DNA from: Acholeplasmataceae bacterium
GTDB taxonomy: Bacteria; Bacillota_I; Bacilli_A; Acholeplasmatales; Acholeplasmataceae
DNA length: 46,623 nt
Direction of reading: 5' to 3'
Assembly (NCBI GenBank): GCA_012520715.1
Contig: JAAYNT010000070.1
Location: forward strand, 1-46,623
How positions within the stretch are numbered: position 1 is the stretch's first letter; every line of letters begins with the position of its first letter. The translations under genes and the position numbers were made by a program. The notes beneath the pieces were generated by a model, which was not told the origin of the DNA, did no database searches, and saw nothing but the letters and a program-made list of their open reading frames with translations. Positions 19,275 to 27,667 of the stretch are shown one piece after another.

Positions 19275-20762
19275 GTGACTAATTTAACCGATCAAGAAAT
19301 TATTAGACGAAAAAAGGTTGAAGAATTAAAAGAATTGGGTGTTGACCCATTTGGACATCGCTTTGATGTTACTACTCATGCTGATGAAATATTTAGAGCT
19401 TTTGGTGAAAAAACTAAAGAGGAATTAGCTGATTTAAACATCAATATTAGAATGGCAGGAAGAATTGTCTTAAAACGAGGTCAAGGAAAAGCTGGTTTTA
19501 TGCATATTCAAGACCGATCAGGAAGAATTCAAATATATGTTAGAACTGATTCTATATCTGAGCTTGAAGCTAAGGTATGGAAGTTATCAGACTTAGGAGA
19601 TATTATTGGTGTTGAAGGCTTTTTATTTAGAACTAATACTAATGAGTTAAGTGTTCATGTTACTAAATATGTACATCTAACAAAAGCCCTAAAACCACTA
19701 CCAGAAAAATATCATGGTCTAACTGATGTTGAAGAAATTAGACGTAAGCGTTACTTAGGGCTAATTACTAATGAATCGGATCGTCACATTGCATATACTC
19801 GCCCTAAAATTATTAGAGCTTTCCAACACTACTTTGATTCAAGAGGTTTCATTGAAGTTGAAACGCCTGTCTTACAATCAATTTTAGGTGGCGCAGCAGC
19901 AAGACCATTTATAACTCACCATAATACACTAGATATGGAGTTTTATTTAAGAATTGCTACTGAAATTCCTCTTAAAAAATTAATTGTTGGCGGAATGGAA
20001 GCTGTTTATGAAATCGGTAGACTTTTTAGAAACGAAGGAATGGACTCAACTCATAACCCAGAGTTTACTACTGTAGAAGCATACCTTGCATATTCTAATA
20101 TGGAAGGAATGATGGATTTAGTCGAAGACTGCTTAAGATCAGTAACCAAAGAAGTCTTAGGTACTACTACTGTTACATTTGATGATAAAGAACTAGATTT
20201 TGGCTCACCATTTAAACGGATTACAATGGTTGATGCTATTAAAGAAAAATCTGGCCTAGATTTTTCAAAAGAGATTACTTTAGATGAAGCTAAAGCTTTA
20301 GCTAAAAAACATGGCATCGAAGTTGAAAAACACTTTACAGTTGGTCATATTATTGCTGAGTTTTTTGACTTATTTGTTGAACCAACAATTACACAACCAA
20401 CATTTGTCTATATGTATCCACTAGAAATTAGTCCTCTTGCTAAGAAAAATGACAAAGATCCAAGATTTACCGACCGTTTTGAATTATTTATTAATGGTGC
20501 TGAATATGCCAATGCATATAGCGAATTAAATGATCCAATTGATCAAAAAGAAAGATTTGAAGCACAATTAGTTGAAAGAGAAAAAGGAAATGCTGAAGCT
20601 AGTGAAATGGACTATGATTTCATTGAAGCTTTAGAATACGGCTTACCTCCAACTGGAGGTCTTGGGATTGGAATTGATAGATTTGTAATGCTACTTACTA
20701 ACACTAAGAGCATTAGAGATGTTATTTTATTCCCACATTTAAGAGAAAAACCGCGTAAATAA
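19275..20762 (+). CDS. lysS: lysine--tRNA ligase (class II)
   Basis: FRNEGMD and GGLGIGIDRFVM motifs, N-terminal OB-fold region. GTG start. Confidence 0.95.
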   Translation: MTNLTDQEIIRRKKVEELKELGVDPFGHRFDVTTHADEIFRAFGEKTKEELADLNINIRMAGRIVLKRGQGKAGFMHIQDRSGRIQIYVRTDSISELEAKVWKLSDLGDIIGVEGFLFRTNTNELSVHVTKYVHLTKALKPLPEKYHGLTDVEEIRRKRYLGLITNESDRHIAYTRPKIIRAFQHYFDSRGFIEVETPVLQSILGGAAARPFITHHNTLDMEFYLRIATEIPLKKLIVGGMEAVYEIGRLFRNEGMDSTHNPEFTTVEAYLAYSNMEGMMDLVEDCLRSVTKEVLGTTTVTFDDKELDFGSPFKRITMVDAIKEKSGLDFSKEITLDEAKALAKKHGIEVEKHFTVGHIIAEFFDLFVEPTITQPTFVYMYPLEISPLAKKNDKDPRFTDRFELFINGAEYANAYSELNDPIDQKERFEAQLVEREKGNAEASEMDYDFIEALEYGLPPTGGLGIGIDRFVMLLTNTKSIRDVILFPHLREKPRK

Positions 20763-21210
20763 CACAAAATCATTAAAACAATATGGCGGTTTCATCGCAT
20801 TATTTTTCGGAGTAGTAGCTATTATTATGCTATTTATCTCACCAGCATTACGTGTACCAGACGGCTTTTTTAGTGGTGACATTAAAGTAACAGGGTTTTA
20901 AGCTATCTTTGGAGCTAAACGTAAAATCTTAGGAGTAGAAACTACAATCTTAGAATTTAATACTCTAGGTTTTCTAGCACTTATTTTCTTAGTTGGTGGT
21001 CTTGTTGTTCCACTAGTACCACTACCTGCTAACTTTAATTATTTAATTGGTGCATTATTATTATTAATTTCTGGTATCTTCTTCTTTGTATTCCCAGGAA
21101 CGCATGATTCAGGTATCGCTGCAAACACACCAATTATTATTGCTGGTATCTTTACATTAATTGGATTTGCAATTAATGCAGTGTTAGGATTCTTAAACTT
21201 TAAAAGATAA
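20743..21210 (+). pseudogene. disrupted 4-TM membrane protein ORF (in-frame TAA at 20899-20901, no canonical start)
   Basis: The frame is open for 52 + 102 codons around a single TAA. The product has four clear hydrophobic helices. It is followed by a strong terminator. Absent from the ORF track because no usable start codon exists. Confidence 0.55.
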
Positions 21211-21223
21211 TTAACTAAATAAT

Positions 21224-21252
21224 AAAAACCGCCTTTGTTAGGCGGTTTTTTT
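21224..21252. terminator. bidirectional rho-independent terminator between convergent genes
   Basis: AAAAACCGCC-TTTGTTA-GGCGGTTTTTTT: an A-tract and a T-tract flank a GC-rich stem. Confidence 0.7.
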
Positions 21253-21253
21253 G

Positions 21254-21814
21254 TTATTCATTGATATCTAAATTAATGGCAATCTCGGCATAGATTGACG
21301 CTATTGATTCAAAATCTTCTTTAGCGTTTTGAAAAACTTCTAACGACACTTTATCGACTTTATTAAATAGTTCTAAAGGTGCATTTTCACATTTTTCAAT
21401 ATAGTACTGAATTTCTTTTTCTAAATCAATTATTTTTTCTAAGTCTTCTTCATTGTATTGGTCATTTTCTAAAATTCTTTGTTCAAATTCTAAAACATGA
21501 AACATTAGATTAATTGTTTTACCAATTGATTCTAGTTTTTTGTAATCATTTTTACAAAATTCTTTTAATATATAATCAACTTCACCGTACATATATACTA
21601 AATAATTAAATCCAAATTCGAATATGCCATGTTCTTCTTGGCCATATTCTTTATTGTCAATTAAGTCGTTGTATAAATATTCAACAACTGGTAATACATA
21701 TTCGAATGTATGTTTAATTGATGAATCAGATTTTTCAACAAAGTCGATTAATTCACTATGTTCTAATCTCCAATTAGCATAGTGTTGATAAATTAATTCA
21801 TCTTCTATTTTCAT
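21254..21814 (-). CDS. acidic helical hypothetical protein, translationally coupled to fba
   Basis: 186-aa ORF in a dense operon context. TAATG overlap with the fba stop. No family recognised. Confidence 0.6.
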   Translation of the reverse strand: MKIEDELIYQHYANWRLEHSELIDFVEKSDSSIKHTFEYVLPVVEYLYNDLIDNKEYGQEEHGIFEFGFNYLVYMYGEVDYILKEFCKNDYKKLESIGKTINLMFHVLEFEQRILENDQYNEEDLEKIIDLEKEIQYYIEKCENAPLELFNKVDKVSLEVFQNAKEDFESIASIYAEIAINLDINE

Positions 21815-22677
21815 TAAGCTTTATTAACTGATCCAAATAAAGTGAACTTATCTCTTACTACTTGAGCTGCAGCTTCAGTTCCTGGTTTTAATAATTTTCT
21901 TGGATCATATCCTTTTGATTTTAAGTCTTTACCTTCTTCAATATACTTTCTAGTTGCTGCTGCGAAAGCTAATTGTAATTCAGTATTAACATTAATCTTA
22001 GATACACCTAATGAGATTGCTTCTTGAATCATGTCACCTGGAATACCAGTTCCACCGTGTAATACTAGTGGGATTCCACCAGTAACTCTTTGAATGTCAC
22101 GTAGAACATCAAAATCTAAACCTTTCCAGTTTTCTGGGTAAGGTCCGTGGATATTTCCAATACCTGCTGCAAACATATCAACTCCTGTTGCAGCAATTTG
22201 GCGTGATTCTTCTAAGTCTGCTAATTCACCAGTACCGACTACTCCGTCTTCTTCACCGCCAATTGAACCTACTTCAGCTTCAACTGACACCCCTTTTGAG
22301 TGGCATAGTTCAACTATTTCTTTTGTTTTTGCTAAGTTTTCATCAAATGGTAGACTTGAACCATCAAACATAATTGATGTAAAACCAGCAGCTAGTGCTG
22401 CTTTGGCACCTTCATATGTACCATGGTCTAAGTGAACTGCAACTGGGACCGTAATATTAAAGTGGTCGTGTAGTTCCCTAACCATTGCCATAACTGTTCT
22501 AAAACCACCCATGTATTTAGCTGCACCTTCTGATACACCTAAAATAACTGGTGATTTTAACTCTTCTGATACTTGAAGAACTAATTTAGTCCATTCTAAG
22601 TTATTAATATTAATTTGTGCTACCGCATAACCTTCTTTATGCGCTTTTAGTAGCATTTCTCTTGCTGATACTAACAT
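21814..22677 (-). CDS. fba: fructose-1,6-bisphosphate aldolase, class II
   Basis: VHLDHG and GIGNIHGPY motifs, 287 aa. Confidence 0.95.
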   Translation of the reverse strand: MLVSAREMLLKAHKEGYAVAQININNLEWTKLVLQVSEELKSPVILGVSEGAAKYMGGFRTVMAMVRELHDHFNITVPVAVHLDHGTYEGAKAALAAGFTSIMFDGSSLPFDENLAKTKEIVELCHSKGVSVEAEVGSIGGEEDGVVGTGELADLEESRQIAATGVDMFAAGIGNIHGPYPENWKGLDFDVLRDIQRVTGGIPLVLHGGTGIPGDMIQEAISLGVSKINVNTELQLAFAAATRKYIEEGKDLKSKGYDPRKLLKPGTEAAAQVVRDKFTLFGSVNKA

Positions 22678-22722
22678 ATTTGTTTCCTCCTTTATATTAT
22701 CTACATTACTATTATACTCTTT

Positions 22723-24312
22723 TTAATCAGTTTTTAGGTTTTTATTGTTTTTACAAGCTTCTAAGAAGCTTAAAAACAGTGGATGTGGTTTTAATGGTCT
22801 TGAAATATATTCAGGATGATATTGAACATGAATATACCAAGGATGGTTTTCAAGTTCTAAAACATCTACGGCTTTAATCTGACGATTATAGCCAGTAATC
22901 ATCATCCCGTTTTGTTCAAATAAATCACTAAATTCTGGATTAAATTCAAAACGATGACGATGGCGTTCTCTAATTTGAGATTGATTATATATTTCTCTAA
23001 TTTTACTACCTTCTTTTAAGTTAGTAGTATATTCTCCTAATTTAAATTTATGATTTGAATTTTTTTGAATAATTGGGTTATGACAATTTTCAAATTCTTC
23101 TGAGCATACATCGGATATTCCTAGAACATTTTGGGCAAACTCAATTGCTGCAAGTTGCATTCCAAAGCAAATACCTAATGTTGGAATTAAATTTTTTCTT
23201 CCATATTCTAATGCTAGTAACTTCCCTTCGGTTCCCCGGTGTCCGAATCCACCAGGAATAATAATTCCGTCGGCTCCTTCTAAATGTTTTGAAATATTTA
23301 AATCAGTTACTTTTTCACTATCAACCCAAATTAAATCAATTAAAGTACTCATCTTAAAACCAGCATGTCTAAGTGATTCTATTATTGAAATATAGGCATC
23401 ATGTAGTGAGACATATTTACCAATAATGGCGATGGTTAGTTTTTTATCTGATTTTTTAATTTGTTCTACTAATTGTTGCCACTGTTTAACATTGGCTTTT
23501 TTCAAATTATCTAACTCGAAATGTTTTAAAATAATATCATCAATATGTTGTTGTTGTAAGTTTAGTAAAATCTCATAAACAACTTTCATATCATATGATT
23601 GTAAGATTGATTCTGGCGGAAGGTCAGTAAACAATGATATTTTATCGATATGTTCTTGTTCAATTGGTTCTTCTGAACGAAGAACTAACATATCAGGTTG
23701 AATACCTAATGACTTTAATTCTTTAACACTGTGCTGAGTTGGTTTTGTTTTTAACTCACCAGCAGCTTTTAAGTATGGTACTAAAGTAGCATGAATATAA
23801 AAAGTATTTTCATGTCCAAAGTCTCTTCTTGCTTGTCTAATTGCTTCTAGAAATGGAAGTGATTCCATATCTCCAACTGTACCACCAATTTCAACTATTA
23901 CAACATCAGCTTTGGTATTAGTTGCTGCTCTTTTTAATAATCTTTTTATCTCATCAGTAATATGAGGAATAACTTGAACTGTTTTACCGGCATATTTGCC
24001 TTTTCTTTCATTATCAATAACCGCTTTATAAACGCGACCACTTGATACTGATGAATATCTAGTTAAGTTTTCATCAATAAATCTTTCATAGTGTCCTAAA
24101 TCAAGATCAGTTTCTGCACCATCTTTAGTTACAAAAACTTCACCATGTTGAAGTGGTGACATTAATCCTGGATCCACGTTAATATATGGATCAAATTTTT
24201 GCATTGTTACTTTTAGTCCTCTAGCTTTTAGTAATACACCGATTGATGATGCAACAATTCCTTTTCCTAAACTGGAAACTACACCACCAGTTACAAAGAT
24301 ATATTTAGCCAT
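22723..24312 (-). CDS. pyrG: CTP synthase
   Basis: FVTGGVVSSLGKG N-terminus and the GATase motif GICFGMQ. Confidence 0.96.
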   Translation of the reverse strand: MAKYIFVTGGVVSSLGKGIVASSIGVLLKARGLKVTMQKFDPYINVDPGLMSPLQHGEVFVTKDGAETDLDLGHYERFIDENLTRYSSVSSGRVYKAVIDNERKGKYAGKTVQVIPHITDEIKRLLKRAATNTKADVVIVEIGGTVGDMESLPFLEAIRQARRDFGHENTFYIHATLVPYLKAAGELKTKPTQHSVKELKSLGIQPDMLVLRSEEPIEQEHIDKISLFTDLPPESILQSYDMKVVYEILLNLQQQHIDDIILKHFELDNLKKANVKQWQQLVEQIKKSDKKLTIAIIGKYVSLHDAYISIIESLRHAGFKMSTLIDLIWVDSEKVTDLNISKHLEGADGIIIPGGFGHRGTEGKLLALEYGRKNLIPTLGICFGMQLAAIEFAQNVLGISDVCSEEFENCHNPIIQKNSNHKFKLGEYTTNLKEGSKIREIYNQSQIRERHRHRFEFNPEFSDLFEQNGMMITGYNRQIKAVDVLELENHPWYIHVQYHPEYISRPLKPHPLFLSFLEACKNNKNLKTD

Positions 24313-24345
24313 GTTGCCCTCCTGAATATAATATGTGATATTTTA

Positions 24346-24378
24346 TAAATTAAAAGGGCACGTCGGAAGACGGTGCCC
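24346..24378 (-). terminator. pyrG leader terminator/attenuator (also terminates rpoE transcripts)
   Basis: Minus-strand RNA GGGCAC-C-GUC UUCC GAC GUGCCC followed by UUUUAAUUUAU. It starts at the predicted +1 of the pyrG promoter. Confidence 0.6.
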
Positions 24379-24384
24379 TCTATT

Positions 24385-24413
24385 ATTATATCAAAATGTT
24401 AAATTACTATCAA
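24385..24413 (-). promoter_or_regulatory. sigmaA-type promoter of pyrG (TTGATA-17-TATAAT with TGA extension)
   Basis: The -35 box TTGATA overlaps the rpoE TGA stop. Exact 17-nt spacer. The -10 box TATAAT is preceded by TGA. GGGC lies about 7 nt downstream. Confidence 0.65.
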
Positions 24414-25018
24414 TATAAATCTTCGTATTCATCCATAATTTCGTGATATTCATCTTCATCGTAATCTTCAGATTCTAAATCACCTAAATCAACGTCATAA
24501 TTATCTTCGTCAATTGACTGTAAATCAAGGTCGTCTCCAATGTATTGTTTTTCTTCAATTAGAGCTTGTTTTTCTTCTTCATCTAAGTCTTCTAATTCTT
24601 CTTCAATGTCTTCTAATTCATCGTCAAATAAAATATCAAAGTCTAGATCATCTTCATCTTCAACTCTATCTAAATCTAGAATAGCTTCTACTTTCTCAGA
24701 AGTAATATTTGTAAAGTTAACTTCTTTATAACCTTCTAAAACACTTGGATCGCCAACTTCTGATTCATTTATAAAATCAGTTCCATCTTTAGCCCAAAAT
24801 TCTAAGTTTCTTTCTTTTAAATCCCATAAACCTTGTCCCATATAAACAAAGTTGGCACTTGTAACAATATCTAAATATAGTTGATTTAATGTTTCATAGT
24901 CTGTTTCTGGAAAACCTTTAGCATTAGCAACTTCTTTAAAGATGTCAGTTAGTGCTAATGGAGCATCATTTTCAACTAATAATTGTTCTACGATTTTTAT
25001 CATTGATAATTCTTTCAT
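24410..25018 (-). CDS. rpoE: DNA-directed RNA polymerase delta subunit
   Basis: N-terminal HARE-HTH-like domain (SMIKIVEQLL ... YMGQGLWDLKE) plus a long D/E-rich tail. Start set at the ATG of MKELSM, 7 nt after an AAGAGGTGA SD. The track N-extension overlaps the promoter. Confidence 0.88.
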   Translation of the reverse strand: MKELSMIKIVEQLLVENDAPLALTDIFKEVANAKGFPETDYETLNQLYLDIVTSANFVYMGQGLWDLKERNLEFWAKDGTDFINESEVGDPSVLEGYKEVNFTNITSEKVEAILDLDRVEDEDDLDFDILFDDELEDIEEELEDLDEEEKQALIEEKQYIGDDLDLQSIDEDNYDVDLGDLESEDYDEDEYHEIMDEYEDLY

Positions 25019-25045
25019 AATAATTTCACCTCTTAAAACTACTGT

Positions 25046-25074
25046 ATTATAACGCATAAAATTAAATAATGCAA
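25046..25074 (-). promoter_or_regulatory. sigmaA-type promoter of rpoE (TTGCAT-17-TATAAT)
   Basis: Minus-strand TTGCAT, a 17-nt spacer, then TATAAT, about 28 nt upstream of the rpoE ATG. Confidence 0.55.
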
Positions 25075-25101
25075 GTTAATTAGATAATTATATTAATTAT
25101 C

Positions 25102-25692
25102 TTAAAAATCACGACGGTTTATTACCGCTTGTGATAAGGTTTCTTGATCCGCATACTTTAAATCACTACCAGCAGGAATCCCATAAGCAAGCCTTGTTAC
25201 TTTAATATTTCGATCTTGAAGAATTGCTTTTAAATACTGTGCGGTCATCTCACCTTCAACAGTTGAATTAGTAGCAATAACAACTTCACCAATTGTATCA
25301 AGTCTTACTTTTATTGATTCGATGTTTAAATCTTTTTCAGTAATACCTCTTGAAAAATCAATTAGACCACCTAATACGTGATATCTACCACGAAATGATC
25401 TTGTTTGTTCTAAAAGATAAACATCTCTTGACTCTGATACTACCATTAAAGTTTTTTCATCTCTTAAACTGTTACTACAAATATGACATGGGTTTAACTC
25501 TGTTAACAAGCCACATGTTGTGCAGTATGATAGCTTATCTTTAATCTCTTTAATGTGTGTAGCAAAGTTTAGGGTTTCTTCACGAGAAAAATTAGTGATT
25601 AAATGTAGAGCTAATCGCTCTGCAGTTTTTTCACCAACTCCTGGTAGTTTTTTAAAATCATCAATTAGTTGTTTAATTGATTTTGGATACAT
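25102..25692 (-). CDS. recR: recombination protein RecR
   Basis: C4 zinc finger CTTCGLLTELNPCHIC, Toprim region. dnaX-ybaB-recR synteny. Confidence 0.95.
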   Translation of the reverse strand: MYPKSIKQLIDDFKKLPGVGEKTAERLALHLITNFSREETLNFATHIKEIKDKLSYCTTCGLLTELNPCHICSNSLRDEKTLMVVSESRDVYLLEQTRSFRGRYHVLGGLIDFSRGITEKDLNIESIKVRLDTIGEVVIATNSTVEGEMTAQYLKAILQDRNIKVTRLAYGIPAGSDLKYADQETLSQAVINRRDF

Positions 25693-25976
25693 TAAAACCC
25701 CATACCCATAGCTGCATATTTACCCATAACTTCTTCGGTAGTTCTATCGATTTGTTGTAGTGCATCGTTTACAGCAAGAATAATAACTTCTTGTAAAATT
25801 TCAATATCTTCTAATAATTCAGTTGAAAGTTGAACATCAATTAATCTGCGGTTACCTTGCATAATAACAACACAGCCACTTGCTCTTCCTTCAAATTCAG
25901 TTAATTCTATTTTTTCTTGGTCTTCTTGCATATCCTTTTGTAGTTTTTGTAATTTTTTAATCATATCTCTGTTCAT
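25692..25976 (-). CDS. ybaB: nucleoid-associated protein YbaB/EbfC
   Basis: 94 aa, located between dnaX and recR. Shows the typical KLQK...MQ N-terminus and GMG C-terminus. Confidence 0.88.
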   Translation of the reverse strand: MNRDMIKKLQKLQKDMQEDQEKIELTEFEGRASGCVVIMQGNRRLIDVQLSTELLEDIEILQEVIILAVNDALQQIDRTTEEVMGKYAAMGMGF

Positions 25977-25980
25977 AATC

Positions 25981-27636
25981 CTACTCCTTTATCATTACTT
26001 TATCCCCAAAGTATTCTTTGGCAACAGATACTGTTTTTTCTTCTTCTTTTGGTTTTATCTCTTTATATAATTGTAAATCTATATTAGGAAGTAATGGCTT
26101 CCTACTGCCATTTTTCCATTGGTCCATATAAATGTCTAGAAGTGTTTTCCAATCACTTTCTAAAATAACATAATATTTTTTAATAGTTTTATCAATATTT
26201 GAAATAATTCTTAGGGCTTGTTTTTTGATGTTATCATGATATAAAGACTTAGCAGTCTCTATTTCATGATCACTTACAATTAATACTAAACTATTATCTG
26301 ATCCAGCAACAATTTTAGTTTTTGCAAGTAAATCAGCCGTCATTTCTAACCCTTCAGAAACTTTAGTTAAATTTTTTAACCAATCTTGTTCGATTCTACT
26401 ACGTTTAGCATGGTTTCCATTATTCATTACATCTTCAATTTGTTTGGTTGTAACAAGTGGAATTTTATTAACTTCTTCTTTAGTAGTAGTAAAGTTTCCT
26501 CTTTTAATTTTTTCTTCAAGTTCAAATACTTTACTTCTTAGATCTTGAATGCTTGCTTCATGATCTATTTTAGTTAAAATATCATGATTCATCATCTTAA
26601 TTAATGCCAGTTCAACATAAGCTCTTTTCTGGTTTGTATATTTAATGTCTTGTTGCAAGTTATTAAGTAAATCTAAGAAAAAGTATATTTTAGGGGTTTG
26701 AATTAAATTACTTATATCTTGATATCTTTCCAGTTTATATTCAGTATTTTTAATTAATAAAATATCTCTTAAAGCCATAATTAAATCAACAACGATTTTA
26801 GCAATTTCCTTACCTTCATCTAATAATTCTTCTAAGATGTTCATAACTTTATTAGTATCTTTTTCATTAATAGCTCTTATCATTTCTCCTAAGACAACAT
26901 GAGAAACTGAACCAGCTACTTTATGAACATCGTCAGCTGTAATATGATCTTCGGTAAATGAAATAGCTTGATCAAGTAAACCAAGTGCATCTCTTAAGGC
27001 GCCTTCAGCATTTTCAGCAATTGCTAAAATTGCATCATCGTCAATTGAAATCTTTTCAGCTTTGACAATTTCATTAAGTTTTCCAACAATATCTTTAACT
27101 TCAATATTTCTAAAATCAAATCTTTGACAACGCGAAGCGATTGTTGGAAGTATTTTATGAATTTCAGTTGTCGCAAGAATAAATATAACATGACTAGGTG
27201 GTTCTTCTAATGTTTTTAGAAGTGCGTTAGCCGCACTTGCTGATAACATATGTGCCTCATCTAGTATGTATACTTTATATTTACAAACTGATGGTGAGAA
27301 CTTAGCTTTTGATACTAAGTCACGAATATCGTCAACTGAGTTATGACTAGCAGCGTCAATTTCAATAATATCAGCTATTTGTTCACTTTCAATTCCTACA
27401 CAAACATCACACACGCCGCAAGCATCCGCTGCTGGCATGTTTAAGCAGTTTACTGCTTTACCAAAGATCTTGGCAATACTTGTTTTACCAGTTCCCCTTG
27501 GACCACTAAACAAGTAGGCATGACCCACTTGGTTTCTAAGTAATGTGTTTGATAGTGTTTGAACAATTACTTTTTGTCCTGCTACTTCACTAAAGTTCTT
27601 TGGACGATACTGACGATATAGTGCTTTATAGCCCAT
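25981..27636 (-). CDS. dnaX: DNA polymerase III subunit gamma/tau
   Basis: Walker A GPRGTGKTS, a Cys cluster (CGVCDVC), ILDEAHMLS. Confidence 0.95.
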   Translation of the reverse strand: MGYKALYRQYRPKNFSEVAGQKVIVQTLSNTLLRNQVGHAYLFSGPRGTGKTSIAKIFGKAVNCLNMPAADACGVCDVCVGIESEQIADIIEIDAASHNSVDDIRDLVSKAKFSPSVCKYKVYILDEAHMLSASAANALLKTLEEPPSHVIFILATTEIHKILPTIASRCQRFDFRNIEVKDIVGKLNEIVKAEKISIDDDAILAIAENAEGALRDALGLLDQAISFTEDHITADDVHKVAGSVSHVVLGEMIRAINEKDTNKVMNILEELLDEGKEIAKIVVDLIMALRDILLIKNTEYKLERYQDISNLIQTPKIYFFLDLLNNLQQDIKYTNQKRAYVELALIKMMNHDILTKIDHEASIQDLRSKVFELEEKIKRGNFTTTKEEVNKIPLVTTKQIEDVMNNGNHAKRSRIEQDWLKNLTKVSEGLEMTADLLAKTKIVAGSDNSLVLIVSDHEIETAKSLYHDNIKKQALRIISNIDKTIKKYYVILESDWKTLLDIYMDQWKNGSRKPLLPNIDLQLYKEIKPKEEEKTVSVAKEYFGDKVMIKE

Positions 27637-27667
27637 AGATGTTCCCCCTTTATACTTTCATTATACC

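Noticed and set aside
20899-20901. Possibility that TAA is reassigned or read through genome-wide, which would make the hidden membrane ORF intact.
   Set aside because: TAA clearly terminates lysS, fba, the cyclo-ligase gene and others at the expected protein ends. The ORF also lacks a start codon. A pseudogene or a local error is more parsimonious.
24540-24731. Serine-rich 63-aa plus-strand ORF (…SSSSKSSNSSSMSSNSSSNK…).
   Set aside because: It is the antisense mirror of the GAA/GAT-rich acidic tail of rpoE, so it is a compositional artefact.
25082-25102. 9-bp inverted repeat AGATAATTA-TAT-TAATTATCT just after recR, considered as a terminator or operator.
   Set aside because: The stem is entirely A/T and has no following U-tract. 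Such palindromes arise easily in AT-rich spacers, and it could not be distinguished from chance.
25981-27636. Programmed -1 frameshift site in dnaX (the gamma/tau split seen in E. coli).
   Set aside because: No A-AAA-AAG heptamer lies at an appropriate internal position. The only A-runs seen are ATC-AAA-AAA-CAA, late in the gene, and one near the C-terminus. Neither has a downstream structure.
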